Assembly: GCA_034927595.1 (NCBI GenBank)
Contig: JAYFPQ010000057.1
Coordinates: 24,690-88,689 of the forward strand
Source: Christensenella sp.
Lineage (GTDB): Bacteria; Bacillota; Clostridia; Christensenellales; CAG-138
DNA: 64,000 nt
Direction: 5' to 3'
Part shown: positions 8,289 to 17,120 of the stretch, piece after piece
How the letters are laid out: every line of letters begins with the position of its first letter
Numbering within the stretch: the stretch's first letter is position 1
Notes under the pieces: generated by a model
Database searches by the model: none
What the model was told of the DNA's origin: nothing
The model's input: only the letters and a program-made list of their open reading frames with translations
Program-made: the position numbers and the translations under genes

Positions 8289-10925
8289 TTATTTCTTTTT
8301 CGCTACCGCTCTCTGAATCGCCTTGACGATCTCAACCAGCGGGATGATCATAAACGCCAGAGCAAGACCGATTGCATATTCCAGAATGCTGATGTGCTCA
8401 AAGCTGAACGCCTTTTGCAAAAATGGCACATACAGTACCACAAGCGTCAGAATCAGCGAAAGAGCCGCCGCGCCCCAAAGGAACTTATTTTGACCCTTCA
8501 TCGTGAACAAACTCTGCCGCTGGGAGCGCATGTTGAAGCTGTGGAAGATCTCCGCCATGCTCAGCGTTAAAAACGCCATCGTCGTGCCGTCCGTACTGTT
8601 CGCAATCGCCCAGGCGCCATTCTGAATCCGCTCGCCAATGAAATAAGCCGCCATGGTCAGCACCGTCACGAGGAACCCCTGATATGCAACGTCGAACCCG
8701 ACGCCGCCGGCGAAGATGCCGTCCTTGGGATCGCGCGGCGGACGCTGCATGAGGTTGCGCTCCGCTGTCTCCGTGCCCAGCGCGAGGGCGGGCAGGGAGT
8801 CTGTAATCAGGTTGATCCAGAGGAGGTGCACCGTCTTGAGGATGATGAATCCTAGCATGGTCGCAAAGAAGATGCTCAGCACCTCGCTCATATTGGACGA
8901 GAGCAAAAACTGAATCGACTTGCGGATATTGTCGTAGATGCGGCGGCCTTCCTGAACGGCGTTGACGATGGTCGCGAAGTTGTCGTCCGCAAGCACCATG
9001 TCGGCCACGTTCTTCGTGACGTCCGTACCGGTGATGCCCATGCCGATGCCGATGTCCGCGCTCTTGATGCTCGGCGCGTCGTTGACGCCGTCGCCGGTCA
9101 TCGCGGTGATAAAGCCGTTTTTGCGCCATGCGTTGACAATTCGCACCTTATGCTCCGGCTGCACGCGCGCATAGACGCTGTAGTTGCCAACCGTCTGTTC
9201 AAACTCCGCGTCGCTGATTTCGTCCAGCTGTGCGCCGGTAATCGCCTCGGATGCGTCCGAAATGATGCCAAGCGTGATCGCGATGGCAACGGCGGTGTCG
9301 CGGTGGTCGCCAGTGATCATCACCGGGTGGATGCCCGCGGTGCGGCAGTGCTCAATCGCTTCAATCACCTCCGGGCGAACCGGGTCGATCATGCCGACGA
9401 GGCCGATGAACACGAGTTCGCGTTCGAGCGCGGCGGGGGAGTTGTCCGTCGGTTTTGTTTCGTGGAGCCGGAACGCGCCGCAGAGCACGCGAAGCGCTTT
9501 TTGAGCCATCGCGTGGTTTGCCGAGACGATCTCCGCGCGGACCTCGTCCGTGAGCGGCAGCGCCTTGCCGTTTTTCCAATAATAGGCGCACTTTTTGAGC
9601 ACCTCATCCGGCGCGCCCTTCGTATACTGAATGAACCCGTGCTGCGTTTGGTGCACGGTGGACATCATCTTGCGCATGCTGTCAAACGGCGCTTCGTCTA
9701 CGCGCGGCTCGGTCTTCGTCAGTTCGGCTTTGTGCAAGCCCTTTGTAAAGGCAAAATTGACCAGCGCGCACTCCGTCGGTTCACCCACGGCGCAGACGGA
9801 CTCGTCCAGCTCCGCGTCGCTGCAGAGCGCCATGGCGGTTGCCAGCAACGGAACATCGTCGCCATAGTCCTCGACGACGGTCATTTTGTTCTGCGTGAGC
9901 GTGCCGGTTTTATCCGAGCAGATGATCTGCGCGCAGCCGAGCGTTTCCACCGCAGTCAGGCGGCGGATGATCGCGTTGCGGCGGCTCATGTTGGTAACGC
10001 CGATCGAGAGCACAATCGTGACCACGGCGACTAAGCCTTCCGGAATGGCGGCGACGGCAAGGCTGACCGCAATCAGGAACGAGTCGAGGATATATCGCTC
10101 GCCGGTTCCGCGGAAGCGCAGCATGTTCACGCCAAAGATCACGACACAGATGCCCAGCACGAGCCAGGTGAGAATTTTGGAAAGCTGCGAGAGCTTGATC
10201 TGCAACGGCGTCTGTCCGTCCTCGGCCTGCGCAAGCGCGCCAGCGATCTTGCCCATTTCGGTCTGCATGCCCGTTGCGGTGACGACGGCCTTGCCGCGTC
10301 CATAAACGACGATGCTGCCCATGTAGATCATATTCTTGCGATCGCCCAGCGGAACATCCTTCGCGCCGCCGAGATTGAGCGCGTCAATCAGCTTGCTGAC
10401 GGGAACGCTCTCGCCGGTAAGCGCCGCTTCCTCAATCTGGAGGCTCGCGCTTTCGAGAATGCGTCCGTCCGCGGGAACCGCGTCGCCCGCTTCTAGCAAG
10501 ACCACGTCGCCAACGACGAGGTCTTCCGTCTTCACGCGGAGCATTGCGCCATCACGCAGCACGCGGCAGGTGGCGGCGGACATCTTTTGCAGCGCTTCAA
10601 TCGCTTTCTCGGCCTTGCTTTCCTGAACGACGCCGAGCACCGCGTTGATGATCACGACGGTGAGAATGATGATGACGTCCGCAAAGCTTTCGCCCTCAAT
10701 GACGGCGGTCACGCCGGAGATGATGGCTGCCGCAAGCAGAATCAGGATCATCGGGTCCTTCATCTGCTGAAAGAAGCGAACGATCAGCGGTGTTTTTTTG
10801 CCTTCTTCGAGCTTGTTTGGCCCGTTGTCGCAAAGGCGTTTTTCCGCTTCGGCGGCGCTCAGCCCGTGCTCGGTGGAGGCGACGGACTGTAAGACGGCTG
10901 CAGAATCGAGCAGATACGGTTGCAT
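8289..10925 (-). CDS. P-type cation-transporting ATPase, type IIA (Ca2+/Mn2+-ATPase family)
   Basis: 'CSDKTGTLTQNKM' is the phosphorylation site. 'TGDGVNDAPS', 'MITGDH' and 'TGES' are also present, with about 10 TM segments. I prefer ATG 10925 (RBS AAAGGAAA upstream) over the ORF-track start 10952, which is TTG. Confidence 0.9.
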   Translation of the reverse strand: MQPYLLDSAAVLQSVASTEHGLSAAEAEKRLCDNGPNKLEEGKKTPLIVRFFQQMKDPMILILLAAAIISGVTAVIEGESFADVIIILTVVIINAVLGVVQESKAEKAIEALQKMSAATCRVLRDGAMLRVKTEDLVVGDVVLLEAGDAVPADGRILESASLQIEEAALTGESVPVSKLIDALNLGGAKDVPLGDRKNMIYMGSIVVYGRGKAVVTATGMQTEMGKIAGALAQAEDGQTPLQIKLSQLSKILTWLVLGICVVIFGVNMLRFRGTGERYILDSFLIAVSLAVAAIPEGLVAVVTIVLSIGVTNMSRRNAIIRRLTAVETLGCAQIICSDKTGTLTQNKMTVVEDYGDDVPLLATAMALCSDAELDESVCAVGEPTECALVNFAFTKGLHKAELTKTEPRVDEAPFDSMRKMMSTVHQTQHGFIQYTKGAPDEVLKKCAYYWKNGKALPLTDEVRAEIVSANHAMAQKALRVLCGAFRLHETKPTDNSPAALERELVFIGLVGMIDPVRPEVIEAIEHCRTAGIHPVMITGDHRDTAVAIAITLGIISDASEAITGAQLDEISDAEFEQTVGNYSVYARVQPEHKVRIVNAWRKNGFITAMTGDGVNDAPSIKSADIGIGMGITGTDVTKNVADMVLADDNFATIVNAVQEGRRIYDNIRKSIQFLLSSNMSEVLSIFFATMLGFIILKTVHLLWINLITDSLPALALGTETAERNLMQRPPRDPKDGIFAGGVGFDVAYQGFLVTVLTMAAYFIGERIQNGAWAIANSTDGTTMAFLTLSMAEIFHSFNMRSQRQSLFTMKGQNKFLWGAAALSLILTLVVLYVPFLQKAFSFEHISILEYAIGLALAFMIIPLVEIVKAIQRAVAKKK

Positions 10926-10983
10926 GACTGTGGTTTCCTTTCGTGTAATCAAATCGAATGTTCGAAATGTTCTGCTTGCCGGA

Positions 10984-11122
10984 AATAAAAAAGCCCATGT
11001 ACGGCAAACAGAGTGTCGTACATGAGTCTCGTCATTTCATCCAAGCCAGACGCAACCTTGCGTCGTGCTACCATGTTGACTTGGAACGCGGGCAACCCGC
11101 GTCAACTACTCCCTCACGCAAC
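10984..11122 (-). promoter_or_regulatory. yybP-ykoY (Mn2+) riboswitch with expression-platform terminator, 5' leader of the P-type ATPase
   Basis: The minus strand reads GUGAG-GGAGUAG-UUGAC-GCGGGUUGCCCGCG-...-GUCAACAUGG-...-AUGACGAGAC-UCAU. This matches the conserved GGGGAGUAG, GUCAACAU and AGCAAGAC-type elements and the P1 pairing of the family. The terminator CAUGUACG...CGUACAUG-GGCUUUUUUAUUU follows immediately and shares CAU with the 3' strand of P1. TATAAT (11126-11131, minus) lies just upstream. Confidence 0.75.
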
Positions 11123-11242
11123 TGCATTATAACAAATAGCATCGCGTTTGAAAACCCCTTGCGCTTCGCCCAAAACCGTATCGTTTGTGAAGCGGCATGC
11201 AACTTATCCATTCAAATACGCTGTATTTTCATGCAGAATGCT

Positions 11243-11271
11243 TTGTCAGAACCCCTGCGCTATGGTATACT
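11243..11271 (+). promoter_or_regulatory. Candidate sigma-A promoter for the YfcC-family gene
   Basis: TTGTCA (11243-11248), a 17-nt spacer ending in TGG, then TATACT (11266-11271). Confidence 0.5.
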
Positions 11272-11379
11272 GAGCGAATAGAATTTTTCGTTCTTCATGA
11301 TCAGTCAAAATCAAACGAGAACGAAATCGAACTTATTTCTGACTCTGTGATACTATGGATAGCATGGAAGGGGACGGGC

Positions 11380-12813
11380 ATGGAACAGCAAGACAAGCGA
11401 GTCTTCAACATTGGCACGCGGTCGTTTGTAACCGCACTGATCATTCTGTTTATCCTGATGGCGCTGACTTACGCGCTGACGTTTTTACTCCCCGCGGGCG
11501 AATATGAGCGGGTGGTAACGGACGGAACTGAGTCCATCGTCGCCGAAACGTATCACACGGTTGACGGCGGCTTGCCGGTTTGGAAGTGGCTGCTGTCGCC
11601 GTTCCTTGCGCTCGGCGCCTCAGGCTCGGCCACGGTGATTGCGATCATCGCATTCTTGCTCGTGATTGGCGGCGCGTTCAACGCGATGGATGTCTGCGGA
11701 TTGCTTTCCTATCTGTTTAACCGCGTCTACCGCATGGCAGCGAACCAGAAATACAAGCTGCTGCCGCTCGTTTCGCTCTTCTTCATGTGCCTTGGTGCGT
11801 TTGTCGGGTCGTTTGAGGAATGCGTGCCGCTTGTGCCAATTGCCGTTGCGCTGGCGTACTCGCTGGGCTGGGATGCGCTGGTGGGCTTGGGCATGAGCCT
11901 GCTTGCGGTTGGGTTCGGCTTTAGCACCGGCGTTTGCAACCCGTTTACGGTCGGCGTTGCGCAGGAGCTCGTCGGGCTACCGATGTTTTCCGGCATCTGG
12001 ATGCGGTTACTCACGTTCGTCTTAATCTATGGACTCCTGCTCGCGTTCCTGATTCCCTACGCCAAGAAGATTGAGCGGGATCCTCAGCGTTCGTTGATTT
12101 ACGATTCGGCAATGATCGACCGTTGGGCGTCGCTTCGAACGGAGTTCACCTTTGCAAAGCGCAAGGACGCCGCGCTGATCTGGTTTGCTAGCATCCTTGG
12201 CGTCGGGATTGCGCTGATTCTGTTCTCCAGCTTTGTGCCGCTGTTGCAGGATATCATTATGCCGCTCATCGCGTTGATCTTTCTGCTCGCGGGTACAATC
12301 TCCTCGCTGGTGTTCGGCATGGGCGGCAAGAACTACCGGCGCGCATTCGGCAAGGGCATGGTCAACATTCTGCCCGCAGTACTGCTGATTCTGATGGCGA
12401 ATTCGATTCGCTATACCATGCTGGAATCCAAGATTCTCGACACGATTCTCTATCAGACCGTGCAACTGACGCAGAACGCGACGAGCGGCGTTGTCGTGCT
12501 GCTCATCTACGCGCTCGCGCTCGTGATGGAGCTGTTCATCTCGAGCGGTTCGGCAAAGGCGTTTTTGCTGATGCCGCTGATCGCACCGATTGCGGATTTA
12601 AACGGAATTTCGCGACAGATTTCCGTGCTTGCCTATGCGTTTGGCGACGGGTTTTCCAATGTGTTTTATCCGACGAACCCGGTGCTTTTAATCTCGCTCG
12701 GCATCGTCGGCATTGGCTACGGCAAGTGGTTCCGCTGGAGCGCAAAGATTCAGCTCGCGGTGCTCGCGCTCACGAGCGCACTGCTGCTGTTTGCAAACGC
12801 GATTGGGTATTGA
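11380..12813 (+). CDS. YfcC family transporter (DcuC/C4-dicarboxylate anaerobic carrier superfamily)
   Basis: ATG 11380 follows GGAAGGGGA. 'VIGGAFNAMD', 'NPFTVGVAQE' and 'SSGSAKAFLLMPLIAPIADLNGISRQISVLAYAFGDGFSNVFYPT' closely parallel E. coli YfcC as I recall it. The protein is polytopic. Confidence 0.85.
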   Translation: MEQQDKRVFNIGTRSFVTALIILFILMALTYALTFLLPAGEYERVVTDGTESIVAETYHTVDGGLPVWKWLLSPFLALGASGSATVIAIIAFLLVIGGAFNAMDVCGLLSYLFNRVYRMAANQKYKLLPLVSLFFMCLGAFVGSFEECVPLVPIAVALAYSLGWDALVGLGMSLLAVGFGFSTGVCNPFTVGVAQELVGLPMFSGIWMRLLTFVLIYGLLLAFLIPYAKKIERDPQRSLIYDSAMIDRWASLRTEFTFAKRKDAALIWFASILGVGIALILFSSFVPLLQDIIMPLIALIFLLAGTISSLVFGMGGKNYRRAFGKGMVNILPAVLLILMANSIRYTMLESKILDTILYQTVQLTQNATSGVVVLLIYALALVMELFISSGSAKAFLLMPLIAPIADLNGISRQISVLAYAFGDGFSNVFYPTNPVLLISLGIVGIGYGKWFRWSAKIQLAVLALTSALLLFANAIGY

Positions 12814-12871
12814 TCGTTCTTTAACACTGGGGGTCTTGGGATATTTTGGCAAAGGGGCCTGACAGACTAGC

Positions 12872-13999
12872 ATGATCCAACAGATATCTGGGGAGCTTGA
12901 ACCGGCGGAACTGCTGCCGGTAGGAACACTCCTGCACCGGCGGTATGCCATAGACGGCGTGCTCGCGCGCGGAACCTATGGAATTGCGTATGTGGGACAC
13001 GACGAAAAAACGTCCACGCGCATCATCATCAAAGAATACTTTCCCTATGCGCTGGCCGACCGCGCGGGAGAGAACAACGCGCTGATGCCGAAGAACAAGG
13101 CCTGCGGAGGGCTGTTCTATTTAGGCTCGGAGATGTTCTATCGTCAGCATCTCGCGCTGACGGACGCAAAGGGCAGCAGCAACCTCGTTACGGTATACAC
13201 CGCGTTCTTCGAGAACGGAACGTCCTATGCCATCATGGAGCAGCTTGAGGGCGTTACGCTGGATCGTTACCTGCGCCTGCGCGGCAGAAGGCTGACGACG
13301 GGGGAGTGCATGTACATTCTCGCGTCCATGGCGGACGCGCTGCTCGTCGTGCACAGCCTCAACTCACTGCATTATGACATCACGGCGCATTCAATCTTTC
13401 TTTGCACGGATGGAACGGTCAAACTGATTGCGTTTGGCGCGGCAAAGGCGGGTCTTCGCGCGCGCCGCGAGGTGGACGACACGGAGCCCTGGGTCGATCT
13501 TTCCGCGCTGGCAAAGACGCTTTATGAAGCGATGACGGGGCAGGCTGTGTTTCAGGACGCGATTCAGCCAAACCCGAACGTTCCGCAACCGCTGTTTCAC
13601 CTGTTTTGGCGCATGATCGACCAATCCGGCGCGCAGGGGATCGCCTCCGTATTTGACTATCGTCACGCGCTGGCTTGTATTGACCTGCAGGCGGAGTACC
13701 CGCTCGTCAGCGAGGCGGAGTCGCATCTGCCGATTCCGGATGCGCGGCTGAGCGCACCGCAGGCAAAGCGCCCCGTCGCGGAACCGCAGCCGCAGCCGGA
13801 ACCGAAGCGGAACCTGTTTGCGCGCGCGCTGGACGCAATGGAGGACGCAGTCACCGCCGAAAATCCGGAGCAACCAACATCCGAACCGACGAATGCGCCC
13901 GCGGGAACGAATCACGTGAAGAAGATCGGGCTGATCTACGCCGGTGTGATCGTCGGCGCGCTGATTCTGGCGCTGCTGCTGCGCGGTTTGATCCACTGA
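12872..13999 (+). CDS. Protein-kinase-like domain protein with degenerate catalytic motifs and a C-terminal TM anchor (predicted pseudokinase)
   Basis: 'RIIIKEY' is beta3 and 'YAIMEQLEGVTL' the hinge. The catalytic loop reads 'LHYDITAHSI', 'AFG' replaces DFG, and there is no APE. A Pro/Glu-rich linker is followed by the terminal helix 'IGLIYAGVIVGALILALLLRGLI'. Confidence 0.7.
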   Translation: MIQQISGELEPAELLPVGTLLHRRYAIDGVLARGTYGIAYVGHDEKTSTRIIIKEYFPYALADRAGENNALMPKNKACGGLFYLGSEMFYRQHLALTDAKGSSNLVTVYTAFFENGTSYAIMEQLEGVTLDRYLRLRGRRLTTGECMYILASMADALLVVHSLNSLHYDITAHSIFLCTDGTVKLIAFGAAKAGLRARREVDDTEPWVDLSALAKTLYEAMTGQAVFQDAIQPNPNVPQPLFHLFWRMIDQSGAQGIASVFDYRHALACIDLQAEYPLVSEAESHLPIPDARLSAPQAKRPVAEPQPQPEPKRNLFARALDAMEDAVTAENPEQPTSEPTNAPAGTNHVKKIGLIYAGVIVGALILALLLRGLIH

Positions 14000-14011
14000 C
14001 GATACAAACAA

Positions 14012-14050
14012 GAAAACGCCCTGCAAGTCATCTTGCGGGGCGTTTGTTGT
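14012..14050. terminator. Bidirectional intrinsic terminator
   Basis: AAACGCCCTGCAAG-tcat-CTTGCGGGGCGTTT with an A-rich 5' flank and a T-rich 3' flank. Confidence 0.75.
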
Positions 14051-14060
14051 ATGCTTCGAG

Positions 14061-14993
14061 TCAGGCGGCAGGGGTTTCTTTCTTACCGAGCTTGCCCCAG
14101 AAGCGGAAGGTCAGCGGCCAGACCGCGCCGCCAAACGAGACCATCAGGAAATAGCGAATGGCGTGCGCCGCGTTGTGCCCGCCGCAGAGCGCGAGAAGCG
14201 GTTCCTTGAGCAGCAGACGCAGAGCGATCACGATGCCGAGGCCGAGAGCGACTTTCAGAATCTGTGCCCACCAGACGGCTTTCTCGGAAAAATTGATGTA
14301 CTTGCGCTCAATCCAGAGTACAAACGCCAGACCGACGGAAGCGCCAAACATCGTGTAAGCGGTCTTAGCGCCGTCCGCGGAGAACTCCAGAATCGCGTTC
14401 GCGGGCATTGGAACCAGTTCGACGAACAGCAGCAGAGCAATCCCGATGGCGAAAAGCAGACCAAGCAGCGCGATAAACCACTTCGGTTTGCTCCACGCGC
14501 GATAGAACAGCGGATAAGCCAACATAACCAGCAGCAGCGCGACGCCGAGCGAGGTCAACACGTCCGCCGGAGTATGCACGCCTAGATACATCCGCGAAAA
14601 AGCGACGAGCAGTGTCATCGCCACGCAGACAATCCGAATCCAAAGCGTATGTTCCGCGCGGGCGATACCGAGGAACAGCCCGGCGGAATTCTGCGTATGC
14701 CCGCTGGGGAAGGAATAGCCCGTCGCCTGCGCACGGGCGCTCTCCACAATTTTAAAGTCCGGGTCGAGCACCCAGGGGCGGGGCACGACGAACAGAAGTT
14801 TTAAGAACTGATTGATCGTGTTGCCGAGAAAGCATACATAGAGCAGAAAATAGCCGGTTTTCTTATTGATGCACCAGAACATCACCATGGCGATGACCAT
14901 AAACAGGGTTTCTTCGCCAAAGAACGTAAAAAACTGGAACACCGAATCGAACAACGGAGTGCGCAAATCCGCGAGCAAACGCAAGAAATCCAT
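14061..14993 (-). CDS. PAP2 family membrane phosphatase (lipid phosphate / undecaprenyl-PP phosphatase-like)
   Basis: All three PAP2 motifs are present: 'KLLFVVPRP', 'PSGH' and 'SRMYLGVHTPADV'. There is an additional C-terminal polytopic extension. Confidence 0.85.
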   Translation of the reverse strand: MDFLRLLADLRTPLFDSVFQFFTFFGEETLFMVIAMVMFWCINKKTGYFLLYVCFLGNTINQFLKLLFVVPRPWVLDPDFKIVESARAQATGYSFPSGHTQNSAGLFLGIARAEHTLWIRIVCVAMTLLVAFSRMYLGVHTPADVLTSLGVALLLVMLAYPLFYRAWSKPKWFIALLGLLFAIGIALLLFVELVPMPANAILEFSADGAKTAYTMFGASVGLAFVLWIERKYINFSEKAVWWAQILKVALGLGIVIALRLLLKEPLLALCGGHNAAHAIRYFLMVSFGGAVWPLTFRFWGKLGKKETPAA

Positions 14994-15094
14994 CGTGTTA
15001 CCCTCCCAGAATGCTTACTATTCTAGTTCGTATCATACCATGCCGAATTCGAAATATGAAGAAAAAATCAAATCGAAATAAGAGAAAAGCGCCT

Positions 15095-15547
15095 CTAGCG
15101 AAGCGCCTGAAAAAAGTTCGTTAAAAGCGACTTACAGTCCGGTTCCAATATGCCACCCCAGGTTTCGACGCTGTGCAGAAAACAATGGTCGGTGAGATCC
15201 ATCTTCGTGCCACAGCAGCCTGCCGCCTCGTCGAACGCGCCGTAGACGAGCCGCGAAAGCTTGGCGTTGACGCAGGCGCCCGCGCACATGGCGCAGGGTT
15301 CGAGGGTGACGAAAAGCGTGCAATCGGTCAGCCGCGGGCCGAGACGTTTCATCGCTTCACGCAAACAGAGCAGCTCCGCGTGCGCCGTGGCGGCGCCCGT
15401 TTGCTCCACGCGGTTGTGCGCGCGGGCAACCACCTCGCCGTGTTTCACCAGCACCGCGCCGACGGGCACCTCGCCCTCATCGAAGGCAAGCCGTGCTTCC
15501 TCCAGCGCGAGACGCATATAACGCTCAAAATCCTGTCGTTCTGTCAT
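15095..15547 (-). CDS. tadA: tRNA-specific adenosine deaminase
   Basis: 'HAELLC' and 'LEPCAMCAG' are the CDA zinc motifs. The start at MTERQ (ATG 15547) overlaps the truA stop as ATGA. The longer ORF-track N-terminus is Arg-rich and non-coding-like. Confidence 0.9.
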   Translation of the reverse strand: MTERQDFERYMRLALEEARLAFDEGEVPVGAVLVKHGEVVARAHNRVEQTGAATAHAELLCLREAMKRLGPRLTDCTLFVTLEPCAMCAGACVNAKLSRLVYGAFDEAAGCCGTKMDLTDHCFLHSVETWGGILEPDCKSLLTNFFQALR

Positions 15548-16317
15548 AAGCGATTCAACACCTCGTCCGTGTCGAAGTCCTCGTATTGCACGCGCATCAG
15601 CGCGAGCCCCTGCGGCGGGGCGGTCGCGCCCGCGTCGTCGCGGCGTTTGCTGGCAATTGCCCGTGCAATCGCGTCCTCCGGCAGCTTGCCGGAGCCGACC
15701 TCCAGCATGGTTCCAACGAGAATGCGAACCATGTTGTAGAGAAAACCGTTTGCGCTCACGTCGTAATTGAGATACCGCCCGTCGCGCGTCCATTCGGAGC
15801 GAAAAACGGTTCGAATGGTGCGTTCCAGCGTCGAGCCCGCGCTCATGAACGCGGCAAAGTCGTGCTCACCCAGCGCGTATTTCGCGGCAACTTGCATCCG
15901 CTCCAGATCGAGCGGCGTATGCACGTGCAGCGCGGTGTCGCGCGTAAACACGTCCGCATGCGGCCCGGTTTGAATCGTGTAGCGATAAGTCTTATTCTTG
16001 GCGGAGAACCGCGCGTGAAAGTTCTCGGTTGTCTCCTCGCTGTAGAGCACACGGATATCCCTCGGCAGGCGTGTGTTCATCGCAATCGCGAACTTATCCG
16101 CGGGCATGCGCGCGTTTGTATCGAAATGCGCAACCTGCGCGCGGGCATGTACGCCGCTGTCCGTGCGGCCGGAGCCGTGCACCTGAATCGATTCGCCCGT
16201 GAGATACGCCAGCGCTTCGTTGAGCCGCTGCTGAACGGACACGCCGTTCTCCTGCAGCTGCCAGCCGACGTAGTTCGTTCCGTCGTAGGAAACGATCAGG
16301 CGAATGCGGCGGCTCAT
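15544..16317 (-). CDS. truA: tRNA pseudouridine(38-40) synthase
   Basis: 'IRLIVSYDGTNYVGWQ' and 'GSGRTDSGVHA' (catalytic Asp) are present. Confidence 0.95.
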   Translation of the reverse strand: MSRRIRLIVSYDGTNYVGWQLQENGVSVQQRLNEALAYLTGESIQVHGSGRTDSGVHARAQVAHFDTNARMPADKFAIAMNTRLPRDIRVLYSEETTENFHARFSAKNKTYRYTIQTGPHADVFTRDTALHVHTPLDLERMQVAAKYALGEHDFAAFMSAGSTLERTIRTVFRSEWTRDGRYLNYDVSANGFLYNMVRILVGTMLEVGSGKLPEDAIARAIASKRRDDAGATAPPQGLALMRVQYEDFDTDEVLNRL

Positions 16318-17120
16318 AGCGGCAGCTTCTCCAGCACGATAATTCCCGCGAGCACGAATAGAAGCAACAGGGTCGCAATGAGGTCGCCCGCGTGAAAGTG
16401 CAGCTCGCGCATGCGCGTTCTGCCTTCGCCGCCGTGGTAGCAGCGGCTCTCCATCGCCATTGCCAGCTCGTCCGCGCGGCGAAACGCCGAGACAAACAGC
16501 GGAACGAGAATCGGAATCATGCTCTTTGCGCGTTGAAACAGGTTTCCGCTTTCAAAATCCGCGCCGCGCGCCATCTGCGCCTTCTGAATCCGGTCGGTTT
16601 CCTCCAACAGTGTCGGGATAAACCGAAGCGCAATGGTCATCATCATTGCTAGTTCGTGTGCGGGAAAGTGGAGCTTGCGCAGTGGCGACATCAGCTTTTC
16701 CAGTCCGTCCGTTAGGGCAATGGGGGAGGTGGTCAACGTCAAAATCGACGTGCCCGCAACGAGCAGTACCAGCCGAAGAGTAATGTATACCGCCTGCTCC
16801 AGCGCTTCCTGTGTGAGGCGGATAAACTTCCATTGAAATAGTATCGTATTACCAGGGGTCGCAAACAGGTTGAGCACAAACATGAACACCAGCAGCCATT
16901 TCATCGGCTTTAAGGAGGAGCCGAAGTAGGAGGCGGGCACGCGCGCAAACGCGAACATGGCCAGCAGCAGCGCGGTTGGCAGCGCGAAGACCCAAAGGGT
17001 TTTCACGTAAAACACGATGACGATGTAGACCACCATGAGCAGAATCTTCGTGCGCGGGTCGAGGCGGTGCACGGAGCTGTTGCCCGGTAGGAACTGCCCA
17101 AGCGAAATGTTAGCGGTCAT
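16314..17120 (-). CDS. ecfT: ECF transporter transmembrane (T) component
   Basis: 'SVHRLDPRTK' sits at the N-terminus and 'ARGADFESG' is the coupling-helix motif. ATG 17120 follows GAGGTG. The gene overlaps the ecfA2 stop and overlaps truA by 4 nt. Confidence 0.9.
   Translation of the reverse strand: MTANISLGQFLPGNSSVHRLDPRTKILLMVVYIVIVFYVKTLWVFALPTALLLAMFAFARVPASYFGSSLKPMKWLLVFMFVLNLFATPGNTILFQWKFIRLTQEALEQAVYITLRLVLLVAGTSILTLTTSPIALTDGLEKLMSPLRKLHFPAHELAMMMTIALRFIPTLLEETDRIQKAQMARGADFESGNLFQRAKSMIPILVPLFVSAFRRADELAMAMESRCYHGGEGRTRMRELHFHAGDLIATLLLLFVLAGIIVLEKLPL

Noticed and set aside
15548-15793. Long N-terminal extensions in the ORF track: tadA to 15793, ecfA1 to 19142, priA to 56656, rsmB to 47126, fmt to 47974, PFOR from 21176, YfcC from 11197
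   Set aside because: The extensions overlap neighbouring genes or intergenic promoters and lack an RBS. In each case the family-typical N-terminus begins at an internal start preceded by a GGAGG-like site.
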